From positions 1 through 39,825 of the forward strand of contig JAYELK010000126.1 in the NCBI GenBank assembly GCA_034717415.1: a DNA stretch of 39,825 nt, written 5' to 3'. Positions 19,062-31,651 of this stretch are shown here, piece after piece. Under the pieces are notes generated by a model. That model did not search any database and was not told the DNA's origin. It was given only the letters and a program-made list of their open reading frames with translations. Made by a program: the position numbers and the translations under genes. Source of the stretch: Campylobacterota bacterium. Its GTDB lineage: Bacteria > Campylobacterota > Campylobacteria > Campylobacterales > Sulfurimonadaceae. The first letter of the stretch is position 1. Every line of letters starts with the position of its first letter.

Positions 19062-19840
19062 GTGAAGTAATAGTAATTGCAAATCAAAAGGGTGGTGTTG
19101 GTAAGACGACTACTGCTGTAAATTTAGCTGCCTCACTTGCTGTTGCAGAAAAAAAAGTGCTTTTGATAGATTCGGATCCACAAGCTAATGCTACTACTTC
19201 TTTAGGTTTTCACCGTAATGATTATGAGTTTAACATCTATCATGTTTTGATAGGTACGAAAAAATTAAAAGATATTATCCTAAAATCAGACCTTCCGACT
19301 TTTCATCTGGCTCCATCAAATATTGGTTTAGTTGGTATAGAAAAAGAGTATTATGATGCTGATAATGCCAAAGGTCGTGAGTTAGTTCTAAAGCGTGCTA
19401 TAGCTAATGTGAAAAAAGATTATGATTATGTAATCATTGATTCACCACCGGCACTCGGACCTATGACCATAAACGCTCTATCGGCTTCAAACTCTGTTAT
19501 TATTCCTATTCAGTGTGAATTTTTTGCCTTAGAGGGTTTGGCTCAACTATTAAATACTGTAAAACTTGTTAGAAAATCTATAAATCCAAAACTTAGCATA
19601 AAAGGCTTTTTACCTACAATGTTTACCTCTCAAAACAACCTTTCAAAACAGGTTTTTGCAGATTTAAGACAGCACTTTAAGGGTAAACTTTTTAAAGATG
19701 AAAAAGATAAGTATATAGTAGTACCGAGAAATGTGAAACTTGCAGAGTCTCCATCTTTTGGAAAACCTGTAATTTTATATGATGTGAAATCCAACGGCTC
19801 AAAAGCTTATCAAAATTTAGCACAAGCGATTATAAAATAA
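19058..19840 (+). CDS. parA: Chromosome partition ATPase ParA/Soj
   Basis: NQKGGVGKTTT, DSDPQAN, PRNVKLAESPSFG. Confidence 0.96.
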   Translation: MSEVIVIANQKGGVGKTTTAVNLAASLAVAEKKVLLIDSDPQANATTSLGFHRNDYEFNIYHVLIGTKKLKDIILKSDLPTFHLAPSNIGLVGIEKEYYDADNAKGRELVLKRAIANVKKDYDYVIIDSPPALGPMTINALSASNSVIIPIQCEFFALEGLAQLLNTVKLVRKSINPKLSIKGFLPTMFTSQNNLSKQVFADLRQHFKGKLFKDEKDKYIVVPRNVKLAESPSFGKPVILYDVKSNGSKAYQNLAQAIIK

Positions 19841-20682
19841 TGAAATCACAAGCGTTGGGTAGAGGATTAGATGCACTTTTTGGTGAAATAGATGAGGCTT
19901 ATGATAATGAAGTTACATCAGCAGATTCTATTTTAGAGATTTCACTTAAAGATATTAGACCAAATCCATACCAGCCAAGAAAATCGTTTGATGAAGAGTC
20001 TCTTGCTGAACTCTCTGAATCTATTAAAAATGATGGTCTTATTCAGCCTATAGTAGTTACTGAAGATATTGATGGCTATATTTTGATTGCAGGTGAGAGA
20101 AGATTTCGTGCATCAAAGTTAGCAAAACTCAAAACAATTCGTGCTATTGTCTTAAATAGTGATGAACAGAAGATGAGACAGTTTGCTCTTATTGAAAATA
20201 TTCAAAGAGAGGAGTTAAACTCCATTGAGTTGGCTCACGCATATAGTGAGTTGCTTAAACTGCATGAGATAACGCATGAAGAACTTTCAAACCTAATTCA
20301 TAAAAGCCGAACGCATATAACAAACAGTATAAGACTTTTACAACTTTCACAAAAGACGCAAAAAACAGTTATTGAGCAGAAAATAACTGCCGGTCATGCC
20401 AGAGTATTAATCGGTTTAGATGATAAGCAGCAACAGTTAATAGTAAATTCTATTATTGGGCAAAAACTTAGTGTTCGTGAAGTTGAGTCTATGATAAAAA
20501 ATATGAAAGAACAGAGAAAGAGTCCGACTCATATTACAACTACTGTTTCATATGACTTTACTAATTTAAAAGAGAGATTTACCTCTTTGGGCTTAAAAGT
20601 TAAAACTTCCCAAAATAGAGTAACAGTAGAATTTGATAATGAAAATCAAATTGAAGAGTTTCTAAAATATTTCTCATCTTAG
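19840..20682 (+). CDS. parB: Chromosome partition protein ParB/Spo0J
   Basis: LGRGLDAL, NPYQPRK, AGERRFRA, ENIQRE. Confidence 0.96.
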   Translation: MKSQALGRGLDALFGEIDEAYDNEVTSADSILEISLKDIRPNPYQPRKSFDEESLAELSESIKNDGLIQPIVVTEDIDGYILIAGERRFRASKLAKLKTIRAIVLNSDEQKMRQFALIENIQREELNSIELAHAYSELLKLHEITHEELSNLIHKSRTHITNSIRLLQLSQKTQKTVIEQKITAGHARVLIGLDDKQQQLIVNSIIGQKLSVREVESMIKNMKEQRKSPTHITTTVSYDFTNLKERFTSLGLKVKTSQNRVTVEFDNENQIEEFLKYFSS

Positions 20683-20779
20683 CATTAACAAAACTACACA
20701 GTTTTTACATTTATCTATAAAAAAATAAATTTTTTATATAATTTTTACTACTTTAACTATCCTTTCAATTTTATCGTTG

Positions 20780-20785
20780 TATAAT
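20780..20785 (+). promoter_or_regulatory. -10 box of the atp operon promoter
   Basis: TATAAT upstream of the AGGAGG RBS of atpF'. Confidence 0.55.
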
Positions 20786-20807
20786 CACGCAACTTTTAGG
20801 AGGTGCT

Positions 20808-21230
20808 ATGTTAGATATAAATCCGATACTACTTATAGCTACATTAATCGTATTTCTTACGCTTATTGCCGTTTTAAACAGTTGGCTTTATAATCCATTA
20901 TTTAGTTTTATGAACAAACGAGATGAAGACATCAAAAAAGACCTAGACAAAGTAGGTAATAATGATGATGAAATCAATGAGTTGAATTCAGAAGCAGAAT
21001 CAATAATTATGAGTGCTAAACTAGAGGCTACAGCCCTAAGAGAGAAAGTTATTGCAGATGCTAAAGAGTTAGCAGATAGTAAGTTAGAAGCGAAGCGTGC
21101 TGAATTAGCTAGTGAATTTTTAGAGTTTGAACAATCTCTTGCTAACTCTAAAGAACAGTTAACAAGTGACTTAATGTCTCAAGTTCCACTGTTCAAAGAA
21201 GCTGTTAAAGCTAAATTTAGTCAAATATAA
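20808..21230 (+). CDS. atpF': F0F1 ATP synthase subunit b'
   Basis: N-terminal TM helix plus coiled coil; first gene of the atp cluster. Confidence 0.9.
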   Translation: MLDINPILLIATLIVFLTLIAVLNSWLYNPLFSFMNKRDEDIKKDLDKVGNNDDEINELNSEAESIIMSAKLEATALREKVIADAKELADSKLEAKRAELASEFLEFEQSLANSKEQLTSDLMSQVPLFKEAVKAKFSQI

Positions 21231-21239
21231 GGATGTGAT

Positions 21240-21758
21240 GTGAGTAGAATTTTAGTATTTATGCTAATGATATCAACTTATGCATTAGCGTCTGGTGGTG
21301 GTGCAGAACATGCAGGTACAGATATAATTCAAAGAACTGTAAACTTTGCACTTTTCGCTGGACTTGTTTGGTACTTAGTTGCTGAACCTGCTAAGAACTA
21401 TTTTGCAGGAAGATCGCAAGGAATTGCTGATGAATTGCAAAAAGTTCAAGATAGGTTAAATGATACAATTGCTCTTAAAAAAGATGCTCTAAGTAAGATT
21501 TCTGATGCACAAAAGTTTGCAGAAGACTTAGTTGTTTCTTCAAAAAAAGAGAATAAAATTATCAATGACAATATGATGACTCAGTGTGATGTTGAGTTAG
21601 AAACATTATCTAAGCAACATGCTTCTTTGAAAGAGTTTGAGCAGAGAAGAATGGTTCGTATCGTTGTAGAAGATATTCTTAGTGAAGTGTTAAGCCAGAG
21701 TAGTGATGGTTTTGATAAAGAAGCTATGGCTAATGTTATCTTAAAGAAGGTGGCATAA
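21240..21758 (+). CDS. atpF: F0F1 ATP synthase subunit b
   Basis: DIIQRTVNF TM segment and coiled coil; position in cluster. Confidence 0.9.
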   Translation: MSRILVFMLMISTYALASGGGAEHAGTDIIQRTVNFALFAGLVWYLVAEPAKNYFAGRSQGIADELQKVQDRLNDTIALKKDALSKISDAQKFAEDLVVSSKKENKIINDNMMTQCDVELETLSKQHASLKEFEQRRMVRIVVEDILSEVLSQSSDGFDKEAMANVILKKVA

Positions 21759-21759
21759 C

Positions 21760-22293
21760 ATGGAAGAATTAATCGCAAAAAGATATATCAAAGCTATTAA
21801 AGATAGTTCTGGTGTAGAGTTAATAGAGAGTATGACTTCTATTTTCTCTGTTTTAGCTGAGTCATTCAAAGATAAAAAGTTTATTAGTGTAATTGACAAT
21901 CCAAATGTTAGTGCTGATGATAAGTTGGATATTTTATTGGGAGCTGTTAAAGTTGCAGATTCTAAAGAGATAGAAAATTTAATAAAACTATTAGTAGAAA
22001 ATGGTCGTATTAATATCATTCCTGCAATGGCAGAAGAGATGAGAAAAGATGTTGCTAAATCTACTAAAACTTATGAGGGTGTTGTTTACAGCGATAGTGA
22101 TATTGATGCAAATGTGATACAAGACTTAAGTGATGGTTTAGGCAAAAGATTTGATTCAAAAATATCTTTAGAATTTATAAAAGATGATTTTAATGGTATT
22201 AAAGTTGATGTTGAAGATCTTGGTATAGAGATTAATTTTTCTAAAACAAGAATAAACAATCAAATTATAGAACATATAATAAAAGCAATTTAA
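21760..22293 (+). CDS. atpH: ATP synthase delta subunit
   Basis: IAKRYIKA, LLVENGR; position in cluster. Confidence 0.92.
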   Translation: MEELIAKRYIKAIKDSSGVELIESMTSIFSVLAESFKDKKFISVIDNPNVSADDKLDILLGAVKVADSKEIENLIKLLVENGRINIIPAMAEEMRKDVAKSTKTYEGVVYSDSDIDANVIQDLSDGLGKRFDSKISLEFIKDDFNGIKVDVEDLGIEINFSKTRINNQIIEHIIKAI

Positions 22294-22317
22294 CTTTTAA
22301 CGAGAGGAGAACAGATA

Positions 22318-23835
22318 GTGGTAGCAAAAATTCAAGCTGATGAAATCAGCTCAATAATTAAAGAGCGTATCGATAACTTTGAACTGAGTGTTGATATTAA
22401 TGAAACTGGTAAAATTGTTTCTTATGCTGATGGTGTTGCACAAGTTTATGGACTTAGCGATGTTATGGCTGGAGAGATGGTAGAGTTCGAAGATGGGACT
22501 CAAGGTTTAGTAATGAACCTTGAAGAGAGCGCTGTAGGTGTTGTTATTCTTGGAGCAGGTACAGAACTTAGAGAGGGTATGAGTGTTAAAAGACTTGGTA
22601 AGCTTCTTAAAGTGCCTGTTGGTGATGCACTTTTAGGTCGCGTTGTAAATGCACTTGGTGAGCCTATTGACGGTAAAGGTCCAATCGAAACAACAGAAAC
22701 TCGTTTTGTTGAAGAGAAAGCACCTGGTATTATGGATAGAAAATCTGTTCATGAGCCATTATCAACCGGTATTAAAGCTATTGATGCACTTGTGCCAATT
22801 GGTAGAGGTCAAAGAGAACTTATTATTGGTGACAGACAAACTGGTAAAACTACAGTTGCAATCGATGCAATCATTAACCAAAAAGGTAATGGCGTTGTTT
22901 GTATCTATGTTGCTGTTGGTCAAAAAGAGTCAACTGTTGCTCAAATTGTTCGTTGTTTAGAAGAGCATGGTGCAATGGAATATACAATTATTGTATCTTC
23001 ATGTGCTTCTGAAGCCGTGGCACTTCAATTTTTAGCTCCATATACTGGTGTTACTATGGGTGAATACTTCCGTGATAACGCTAGACATGGTCTGATTGTT
23101 TATGATGATTTAACTAAACATGCAGTTGCATATCGTGAAATGTCACTTATTCTTCGTCGTCCTCCGGGTCGTGAAGCATATCCTGGTGATGTTTTCTATA
23201 TTCATTCTCGTCTTTTAGAGAGAGCTGCAAAAGTTTCTGATGAGTTAGGTGGTGGTTCTTTAACTGCTCTCCCAATTATTGAGACTCAAGAGGGTGATGT
23301 TGCGGCATATATCCCAACTAATGTTATCTCGATTACTGATGGTCAGATTTTCCTTGAGACTGAACTGTTTAACTCAGGTGTTCGTCCAGCGATTAATGTT
23401 GGTCTTTCAGTTTCTCGTGTTGGTGGTGCTGCTCAGATTAAAGCTACTAAGCAAGTTGCCGGTACACTAAGACTTGACCTTGCTCAGTATCGTGAACTTC
23501 AAGCATTTGCTCAGTTTGCATCTGACCTTGATGAAACATCTCGTAATCAACTAGAGCGTGGACAAAGAATGGTAGAAGTTCTAAAACAAGGACCTTTCTC
23601 TCCACTATCTGCTGAGAAGCAAGTTGCTATTATTTTTGCTGGTAATGAAGGTTTCTTGGATGATATGGACGCATCAAATGTTGTTCGTTTTGAAGCTGAA
23701 ATGTATCCATTTATTGAAGCATCTTATCCTCAAATTTTCGAGAATATTAGAAGTACTTCTAAAGTAGATGATGATACTAAGGCATTGATGATCAAAGCAC
23801 TTGAAGAATTCAAAGCTAGCTTTGTAGTAGCATAA
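22318..23835 (+). CDS. atpA: ATP synthase alpha subunit
   Basis: [20 protein letters not shown]. Confidence 0.98.
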   Translation: MVAKIQADEISSIIKERIDNFELSVDINETGKIVSYADGVAQVYGLSDVMAGEMVEFEDGTQGLVMNLEESAVGVVILGAGTELREGMSVKRLGKLLKVPVGDALLGRVVNALGEPIDGKGPIETTETRFVEEKAPGIMDRKSVHEPLSTGIKAIDALVPIGRGQRELIIGDRQTGKTTVAIDAIINQKGNGVVCIYVAVGQKESTVAQIVRCLEEHGAMEYTIIVSSCASEAVALQFLAPYTGVTMGEYFRDNARHGLIVYDDLTKHAVAYREMSLILRRPPGREAYPGDVFYIHSRLLERAAKVSDELGGGSLTALPIIETQEGDVAAYIPTNVISITDGQIFLETELFNSGVRPAINVGLSVSRVGGAAQIKATKQVAGTLRLDLAQYRELQAFAQFASDLDETSRNQLERGQRMVEVLKQGPFSPLSAEKQVAIIFAGNEGFLDDMDASNVVRFEAEMYPFIEASYPQIFENIRSTSKVDDDTKALMIKALEEFKASFVVA

Positions 23836-23845
23836 GGGAATCGTT

Positions 23846-26139
<2,294 letters not shown>

Positions 26140-26155
26140 TTCATAAAGGACTGAA

Positions 26156-26548
26156 ATGGATAAGCTAAAACTTGAAATCCTAACTCCTAATGGCGAAATC
26201 TTTAATGATGATGTTATTAGTGTAGTTCTCCCCGGTGAAGAGGGAGAATTCGGTGTTCTTGCTCATCATGCTTCTCTATCTACTTTGTTAGAAGCTGGTG
26301 TAATTGATATCGAAAAAGAAGATAAATCAGTCGAGTCTATTTTAATCAATTGGGGCGTAGTCCATGTTGATGAAGAGAAAGTTATTGTTTTGGTAGAGGG
26401 TGCTGTAGCTATCCGTGGTGATAGTGAAAGTGCAATTGCTAAGGAACTTGAAGATGCTAAGGAACTTATTAAAGATATTGCTGATTCAGGTTCTGCAATA
26501 GCTACTGTTTCTGCAAAAATAGAGACAGCTGCTCAAAAATTACTCTAA
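26156..26548 (+). CDS. atpC: ATP synthase epsilon subunit
   Basis: LEILTP, PGEEGEFGVLAHH. Confidence 0.96.
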   Translation: MDKLKLEILTPNGEIFNDDVISVVLPGEEGEFGVLAHHASLSTLLEAGVIDIEKEDKSVESILINWGVVHVDEEKVIVLVEGAVAIRGDSESAIAKELEDAKELIKDIADSGSAIATVSAKIETAAQKLL

Positions 26549-26551
26549 AAT

Positions 26552-27118
26552 ATGACTAACGATTTAATAGATTTTTATCTAAAAAGTCATCCGGTTACTT
26601 TGGGTGTATTGGCTCTTTTGTCGGTATATTTTATCGTTTTAAACTGGGTGTTTTTTTATCGCTACTTTTCTATAAACGGTTGGCTTTTTAAAGAAAATAA
26701 ATCTTTAGAAGCGCTGTTAATGGGATCCTCAACTGTTAATGAAAACTCTTTTTTAAATAATTTTATTAAAACTAGTTCAAATATTTCTAAAGAAGTTTTA
26801 GGTCTTGGAATGTTAGCTGCTACAAAAGAGGCAACAAAAGGTCTCTCGCTTCTTTCTATTTTTGCATCAACCACACCTTTTATAGGACTTTTTGGTACGG
26901 TAGTATCTATTTTGGATACATTTACCCATATTGGTAAAAGTAGTGGAAGTATGTCTATCATATCTAGTGGTGTTTCTGATGCTTTAGTGGCGACTGCTGC
27001 TGGTATATTTGTAGCAATTTTTGCATATACATATCACCAAATTCTAAAAAGAAAATCATTTGAGTTAATTAGTTTTATGCAGATGCAAAGTGATGCTATT
27101 TTAGCAAGAAGAGTTTAG
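26552..27118 (+). CDS. tolQ: MotA/TolQ/ExbB proton channel
   Basis: TPFIGLFGTV, ALVATAAG; upstream of tolB-pal. Confidence 0.85.
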   Translation: MTNDLIDFYLKSHPVTLGVLALLSVYFIVLNWVFFYRYFSINGWLFKENKSLEALLMGSSTVNENSFLNNFIKTSSNISKEVLGLGMLAATKEATKGLSLLSIFASTTPFIGLFGTVVSILDTFTHIGKSSGSMSIISSGVSDALVATAAGIFVAIFAYTYHQILKRKSFELISFMQMQSDAILARRV

Positions 27119-27121
27119 TTA

Positions 27122-27514
27122 ATGCTCTATGACTGGGATGATAAACCTGAGTTAAATATTACTCCTCTTGTGGATGTTATGCTAGTTTTACTAGCTATTT
27201 TGATGGTTATTGCTCCAAATATTGTCTTTGAGGAGAGTATTAAACTTCCTCAAGGCTCAACTTCACAACAACTCTCTAAAATTCCTCCTGTACATATTAC
27301 AGTTGATAGAGAAATGAATGTTAAAATAAACAAAGACAATTATTCACTTCATGAATTCATGGATAATTTTTTTCTTTATTCTAAAAAATTAGATCTTAAA
27401 GCTACTGTACTTATCAGTGCAGATAAATCTTTGGATTATGGTGTTGTTATGTCGGTATTAGCCGCAGTAAAACAAGCAGGTTTTAGTGAGGTATCACTAG
27501 CAACAAATGGTTAG
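27122..27514 (+). CDS. tolR: ExbD/TolR family protein
   Basis: LNITPLVDVMLVLL, ADKSLDYG. Confidence 0.85.
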   Translation: MLYDWDDKPELNITPLVDVMLVLLAILMVIAPNIVFEESIKLPQGSTSQQLSKIPPVHITVDREMNVKINKDNYSLHEFMDNFFLYSKKLDLKATVLISADKSLDYGVVMSVLAAVKQAGFSEVSLATNG

Positions 27515-28226
27515 AAATAGCTCCTATTTTTACATAAGTGGTTTAATCTCTTTATCACTTTTTGTGTTTTTCCTAGTACTTTTTTTTTATATGATGTTTT
27601 CATCAAATGGAGTTAAATCATATGCTCTTAAAAAAGACAACTACATATCAGTATCAATTAATATGTCTAATCTAAACACTAAAAGCTATAAAAAAAATAT
27701 TTCAAAAAAAAAGAATGAAAATGTTGTTACAACACCTAAAGAGGTAAATATTGATAATCTTTTTAGTGATGTATGGACAAAAAAAATAGATAAAAAAACG
27801 ATTAAAAAAAAGAAAAGTGATATTAGACAACTCCATGAGATAGAAAAAAAAGTTAAAACTATCCAAAATAACGATCTAAGTGAAATTTCTGATAAAATTA
27901 ATAAAATCCAAGCTAGCACTCAAAGTGATGAAAATATTCCTTCATCTACATCTAATGAAGTTAATGAATATTTTGCTAAAATTCAAGCCTTAGTTTATAA
28001 CTCTTTTAAACCACCACAAAACTCACAAGGACATAGTGTAAAAGCTGTTATAGAGCTTAGTGCTATAGGTAAAGTTATGGATTTTAGGATTTTAAATTAT
28101 TCAGTAAATAGTAGTTTAAATGATGAGTGTGACAAAATAAAAGCTAGATTGATGGGTGTAATATTTCCAATGAATCCACAAAACAGATCTAGTTATCATA
28201 CAATTATATTAATATCAGAGGAGTAG
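27507..28226 (+). CDS. TolA/TonB C-terminal-domain protein
   Basis: N-terminal TM anchor, Lys-rich linker, TonB_C-like C-terminus; lies between tolR and tolB. Confidence 0.8.
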   Translation: MVRNSSYFYISGLISLSLFVFFLVLFFYMMFSSNGVKSYALKKDNYISVSINMSNLNTKSYKKNISKKKNENVVTTPKEVNIDNLFSDVWTKKIDKKTIKKKKSDIRQLHEIEKKVKTIQNNDLSEISDKINKIQASTQSDENIPSSTSNEVNEYFAKIQALVYNSFKPPQNSQGHSVKAVIELSAIGKVMDFRILNYSVNSSLNDECDKIKARLMGVIFPMNPQNRSSYHTIILISEE

Positions 28227-28229
28227 TTT

Positions 28230-29480
28230 TTGAAAATATTTTTTTTAAGTTTAATTCTTTTTACTTTATCGTTCGCTAATGATGCAACGATTGAGGTTAT
28301 AAAAAAAGTTGATTCATTGCCAACCATTGCAGTGGAGGATTCATCGATAAGTTATGATGATACATTTAGGTTAAAGTTTTTTAAAACAGTTATAGCTGAT
28401 TTAAATGTTATTTCACTTTTTAATGTAGATAGACACCAGCGTATAACACACTTTAATGATAGTAGCGTAGTAGTACAAAACAAAGATATGAATTATGTTT
28501 TAAGATATAAACTATTTGAAGATGATAGTGGTGCTTTGAATGTTGAGACTAAACTTATAAGCAGTGAAAAAGATGTTTTAATAAAAAACTATAAGATTAA
28601 TAATAAAAATGTTTATATGTTTGTTTCACATGCCATAGCGTATGATATTAATGAATTTATGGGTTCTCCATCAGTTGAATGGATGAAAAGAAAAGTAATA
28701 TTTAGCAGAGTTGTTAGCCCAAAAAAGAGTGAAATTGTAATAGCTGATTATACTTTATCTTATCAACACATTGTTATAAAAGGTGGATTTAATATATTTC
28801 CTAAATGGGCAAATAAAGAGCAGAATCAGTTTTACTATACATCGTTAGACGCTAAAAAACCAACACTTAAGCATGTAGATATAAGAACAGCAAAGAGTAG
28901 AAATGTCTTATCTTCTGATGGCATGATGATCTGTTCTGATGTAAGTGACGACTCTAAAAAACTACTTTTAACAATGGCTCCCAAAGGGCAACCGGATATT
29001 TATCTTTATGGAGTTGATTCAAAAAGATATAAGAGAGTAACAAAGCTCAGTGGTATTGATGTAAGTGGTCAGTTTATGAATGACAATACTATAGTTTTTG
29101 TCTCAGGCAGATTGGGATATCCTAATATTTTCTCTAAAAAAATTGGAAGTAATAGTGTAGAGCAGATGGTTTATTATGGTAAAAGCAATGCAGCATGTAG
29201 TGCTAGGGGTGAATATATAGTTTATAAAGCTAGAGAGACTTCGAATGCATTTTCAAAAAATACATTTAATTTACACCTTATCTCTACAAAAACAGACTTT
29301 ATTAGAAGACTTACAGCAACAGGTATAAATGAATTTCCAAGATTTTCAAAAGATGGAGATGCTATACTTTTTATAAAAAATTATAAAGCTCAAAGTTCTT
29401 TGGGTATTATAAGACTTAATCATAACAAAAATTATCTTTTTCCACTTAAATATGGAAAAATACAATCTATGGATTGGTAG
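28230..29480 (+). CDS. tolB: Tol-Pal system protein TolB
   Basis: Signal peptide, beta-propeller repeats (FVSGRLGYPNI, PRFSKDG); precedes pal. Confidence 0.92.
   Translation: MKIFFLSLILFTLSFANDATIEVIKKVDSLPTIAVEDSSISYDDTFRLKFFKTVIADLNVISLFNVDRHQRITHFNDSSVVVQNKDMNYVLRYKLFEDDSGALNVETKLISSEKDVLIKNYKINNKNVYMFVSHAIAYDINEFMGSPSVEWMKRKVIFSRVVSPKKSEIVIADYTLSYQHIVIKGGFNIFPKWANKEQNQFYYTSLDAKKPTLKHVDIRTAKSRNVLSSDGMMICSDVSDDSKKLLLTMAPKGQPDIYLYGVDSKRYKRVTKLSGIDVSGQFMNDNTIVFVSGRLGYPNIFSKKIGSNSVEQMVYYGKSNAACSARGEYIVYKARETSNAFSKNTFNLHLISTKTDFIRRLTATGINEFPRFSKDGDAILFIKNYKAQSSLGIIRLNHNKNYLFPLKYGKIQSMDW
28624..28635 (-). repeat. Dispersed motif variant TGGCATGTGAAA
   Basis: TTTCACATGCCA on +, read as VSHAI in tolB. 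Confidence 0.7.
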
Positions 29481-29503
29481 AAATAGTTTATTAATTGTTT
29501 TTT

Positions 29504-29512
29504 TGGTACAAT
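29504..29512 (+). promoter_or_regulatory. Extended -10 promoter for pal
   Basis: TGgTACAAT 30 nt upstream of the pal ATG. Confidence 0.5.
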
Positions 29513-29542
29513 GACACATCTTTAAAATCAAGGCATTTAAAT

Positions 29543-30106
29543 ATGAAAAGTATTATACTCTCTAGTGCAGTAGTCGCACTTTTAGTTTTTAGTGGATGTA
29601 GCTCTAAAGAGCCAATAGTAGATGAGGCAACTAGTCAGACTTCAAGTCAAGAAGCTCAAGAAGTAGCAGCTCCTGTAACGGAAACTGTTTCAACAGAGGA
29701 TTCGTCAGTTCTTAGTGAAGATAGTGCATCTACTTCAGATACAAATGAGATGAATATGGCAGCTATTGAAAAAGAGTTGTCAACAGTTTATTTTGATTTT
29801 GATAAATTTAATATTCGTGCAGATATGAAAGATAAAGTATCAAATGATGCTCAAATAGCAAATGGTTCTGCAAGCAGTTTTATGGTAAAACTTGAAGGTA
29901 ATTGTGATGAGTGGGGTAGTGATGAGTATAACTTTGCACTTGGATTAAAAAGAGCTTCGGCAGTTAAAAAATCATTAGTAGCAGAGGGTGTTGATACTAC
30001 TCGTATTACTATGGTTAGTTATGGTGAGAGTAACCCTACATGTAGTGATAAAACTAAAGATTGTTGGTCTCAAAATCGTCGTGTAGACTTTAAACTTCTT
30101 CCATAA
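29543..30106 (+). CDS. pal: Peptidoglycan-associated lipoprotein Pal
   Basis: Start reassigned to MKSIIL; FSGC lipobox; VYFDFD, EGNCDEWG...YNFALG, NRRV. Confidence 0.94.
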   Translation: MKSIILSSAVVALLVFSGCSSKEPIVDEATSQTSSQEAQEVAAPVTETVSTEDSSVLSEDSASTSDTNEMNMAAIEKELSTVYFDFDKFNIRADMKDKVSNDAQIANGSASSFMVKLEGNCDEWGSDEYNFALGLKRASAVKKSLVAEGVDTTRITMVSYGESNPTCSDKTKDCWSQNRRVDFKLLP

Positions 30107-30109
30107 TCA

Positions 30110-31051
30110 ATGAATCGCAGTTTTTTAGTTACTTTTCTTGTAGCTTTTCTGCCATTTAATCTAATCGGTGCTGAACCATCTGCGTTTGGTGCCGGTAATT
30201 TAAACAGTTCTAAACCTTATGGCTTAACTTCAAGTGAAGAGGTCGTCTTGCAAAATAAAAAAAATCTTCAAAAAGTTGTTGCAAATAGTAATGATCAAGC
30301 AGATAGAGTTGACTCTATTAGAGAAAGAATTGATGGATTACAGACTATTATAGAGGGTTTAAGTAGAAAATCACAAGAAAATAAAATTAATCTTCAAAAA
30401 TTAGATGAAAAAAATACTCAAGAACTAGATAATTCAAATGAGTATGAAAAAAGAGTTAGTGAAGTAACTCAAAGTAACACTCAAATATCTCAAGTTAATT
30501 CTCAAAATATTGAAGATATTAAATTAGTAATCTCTGAGTTATCACTTCTAGTTGATAATATTCAAAAAACATATGTAACAAAAGATGAGTACAATAGTTT
30601 AGTGAAAGATCTTAATAAGTTTAAGGATTTGGTAGCAAAAGAGCTTAAAAAGAGTTCTTCGCCTAAAAAATCTGGACTTAAAGCTAAGTCTAATGCTCAA
30701 ATAGCTAAAGAGGCTCGTTCTTATTATGATAAAAAATATTATACTAAGTCTATAGAGCGATATAGTTATCTGATTGAAAAAAACTATAAACCGGCTAATG
30801 CCCACTATATGATAGGCGAGATGAAATATAGAAGAAAAAATTATGCAGAGGCAATAGCATATTACAAAAAGAGTGCATCTCTCTATTCTAAGGCAAAATA
30901 TATGCCCATCTTAATGCTTCACACTGCAAGAGCAATGGAATTAACAGGTGATAAAAAGAATGCTAAATCTTTTTATAATGGTGTAATAGTAAAATATCCA
31001 AACTCTTCACAGGCAAAAGATGTAAAAAAATATCTTAATTCAATGAAGTGA
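30110..31051 (+). CDS. CpoB/YbgF-like periplasmic coiled-coil + TPR protein
   Basis: Signal peptide, coiled coil, C-terminal TPRs ending KYPNS; follows pal. Confidence 0.82.
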   Translation: MNRSFLVTFLVAFLPFNLIGAEPSAFGAGNLNSSKPYGLTSSEEVVLQNKKNLQKVVANSNDQADRVDSIRERIDGLQTIIEGLSRKSQENKINLQKLDEKNTQELDNSNEYEKRVSEVTQSNTQISQVNSQNIEDIKLVISELSLLVDNIQKTYVTKDEYNSLVKDLNKFKDLVAKELKKSSSPKKSGLKAKSNAQIAKEARSYYDKKYYTKSIERYSYLIEKNYKPANAHYMIGEMKYRRKNYAEAIAYYKKSASLYSKAKYMPILMLHTARAMELTGDKKNAKSFYNGVIVKYPNSSQAKDVKKYLNSMK

Positions 31052-31141
31052 TAAAGATATTTTGGATTTTTATGATAAAATCCGGAGCAAAATTCTAGGA
31101 ATAAATTTTCTTTAGAAAAAAATAAAAATAAGGTTTAAAAA

Positions 31142-31651
31142 ATGGCAATAGAAGCAAATCAAATAGTATCAATCGAGTATGAAGTTCGTGATGGTGAGAA
31201 TGTAGTAGATAGTAATGTTGGTGGAGCACCTTTAGTTTTTATGTTTGGTAAAGGTCAGATAATTCCTGGTTTAGAAAAAGGAATTGTAGATATGGCTATA
31301 GGTGAGAAAGGTGAAGTCCTTGTAAAATCAGAAGATGCTTATGGTGAGTTAAATCCAGATGCAAAACAAGAAGTTCCAAAAGATCAATTTGCAGGAATTG
31401 ATTTAGAAATAGGAATGACACTTTATGGTCAAGGTGAAGATGGTAGTACTGTTCAAGTAATCGTTAAAGAGATTGGTGAAGAGAATATAATTATTGATTT
31501 TAATCATCCTTTAGCCGGTAAAGATTTAATGTTCAGCGTAACTATCAATAATGTAAGAGATGCTTCTGCTGAGGAAGCTATGACAGGAATACCTGCTGAA
31601 AATGTACAAGAAGAGTCTTGTGGCACTGGTGGTGGGTGTGGATGCAACTAG
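31142..31651 (+). CDS. slyD: FKBP-type peptidyl-prolyl isomerase SlyD
   Basis: QIIPGLEK, DFNHPLAGK, short Cys/Gly tail SCGTGGGCGC. Confidence 0.93.
   Translation: MAIEANQIVSIEYEVRDGENVVDSNVGGAPLVFMFGKGQIIPGLEKGIVDMAIGEKGEVLVKSEDAYGELNPDAKQEVPKDQFAGIDLEIGMTLYGQGEDGSTVQVIVKEIGEENIIIDFNHPLAGKDLMFSVTINNVRDASAEEAMTGIPAENVQEESCGTGGGCGCN

Noticed and set aside
27580-27815. Poly-T and poly-A runs in the TolA-like gene as phase-variation tracts
   Set aside because: Explained by Phe and Lys codons in an AT-rich genome; the frame is intact, and phase variation in this group typically uses poly-G/C.
28622-28637. TGTTTCACATGCCATA, and the motif generally, as parS sites
   Set aside because: Only one half resembles parS (TGTTTCACGTGAAACA). 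parS is palindromic and rare, whereas this motif is asymmetric and abundant.
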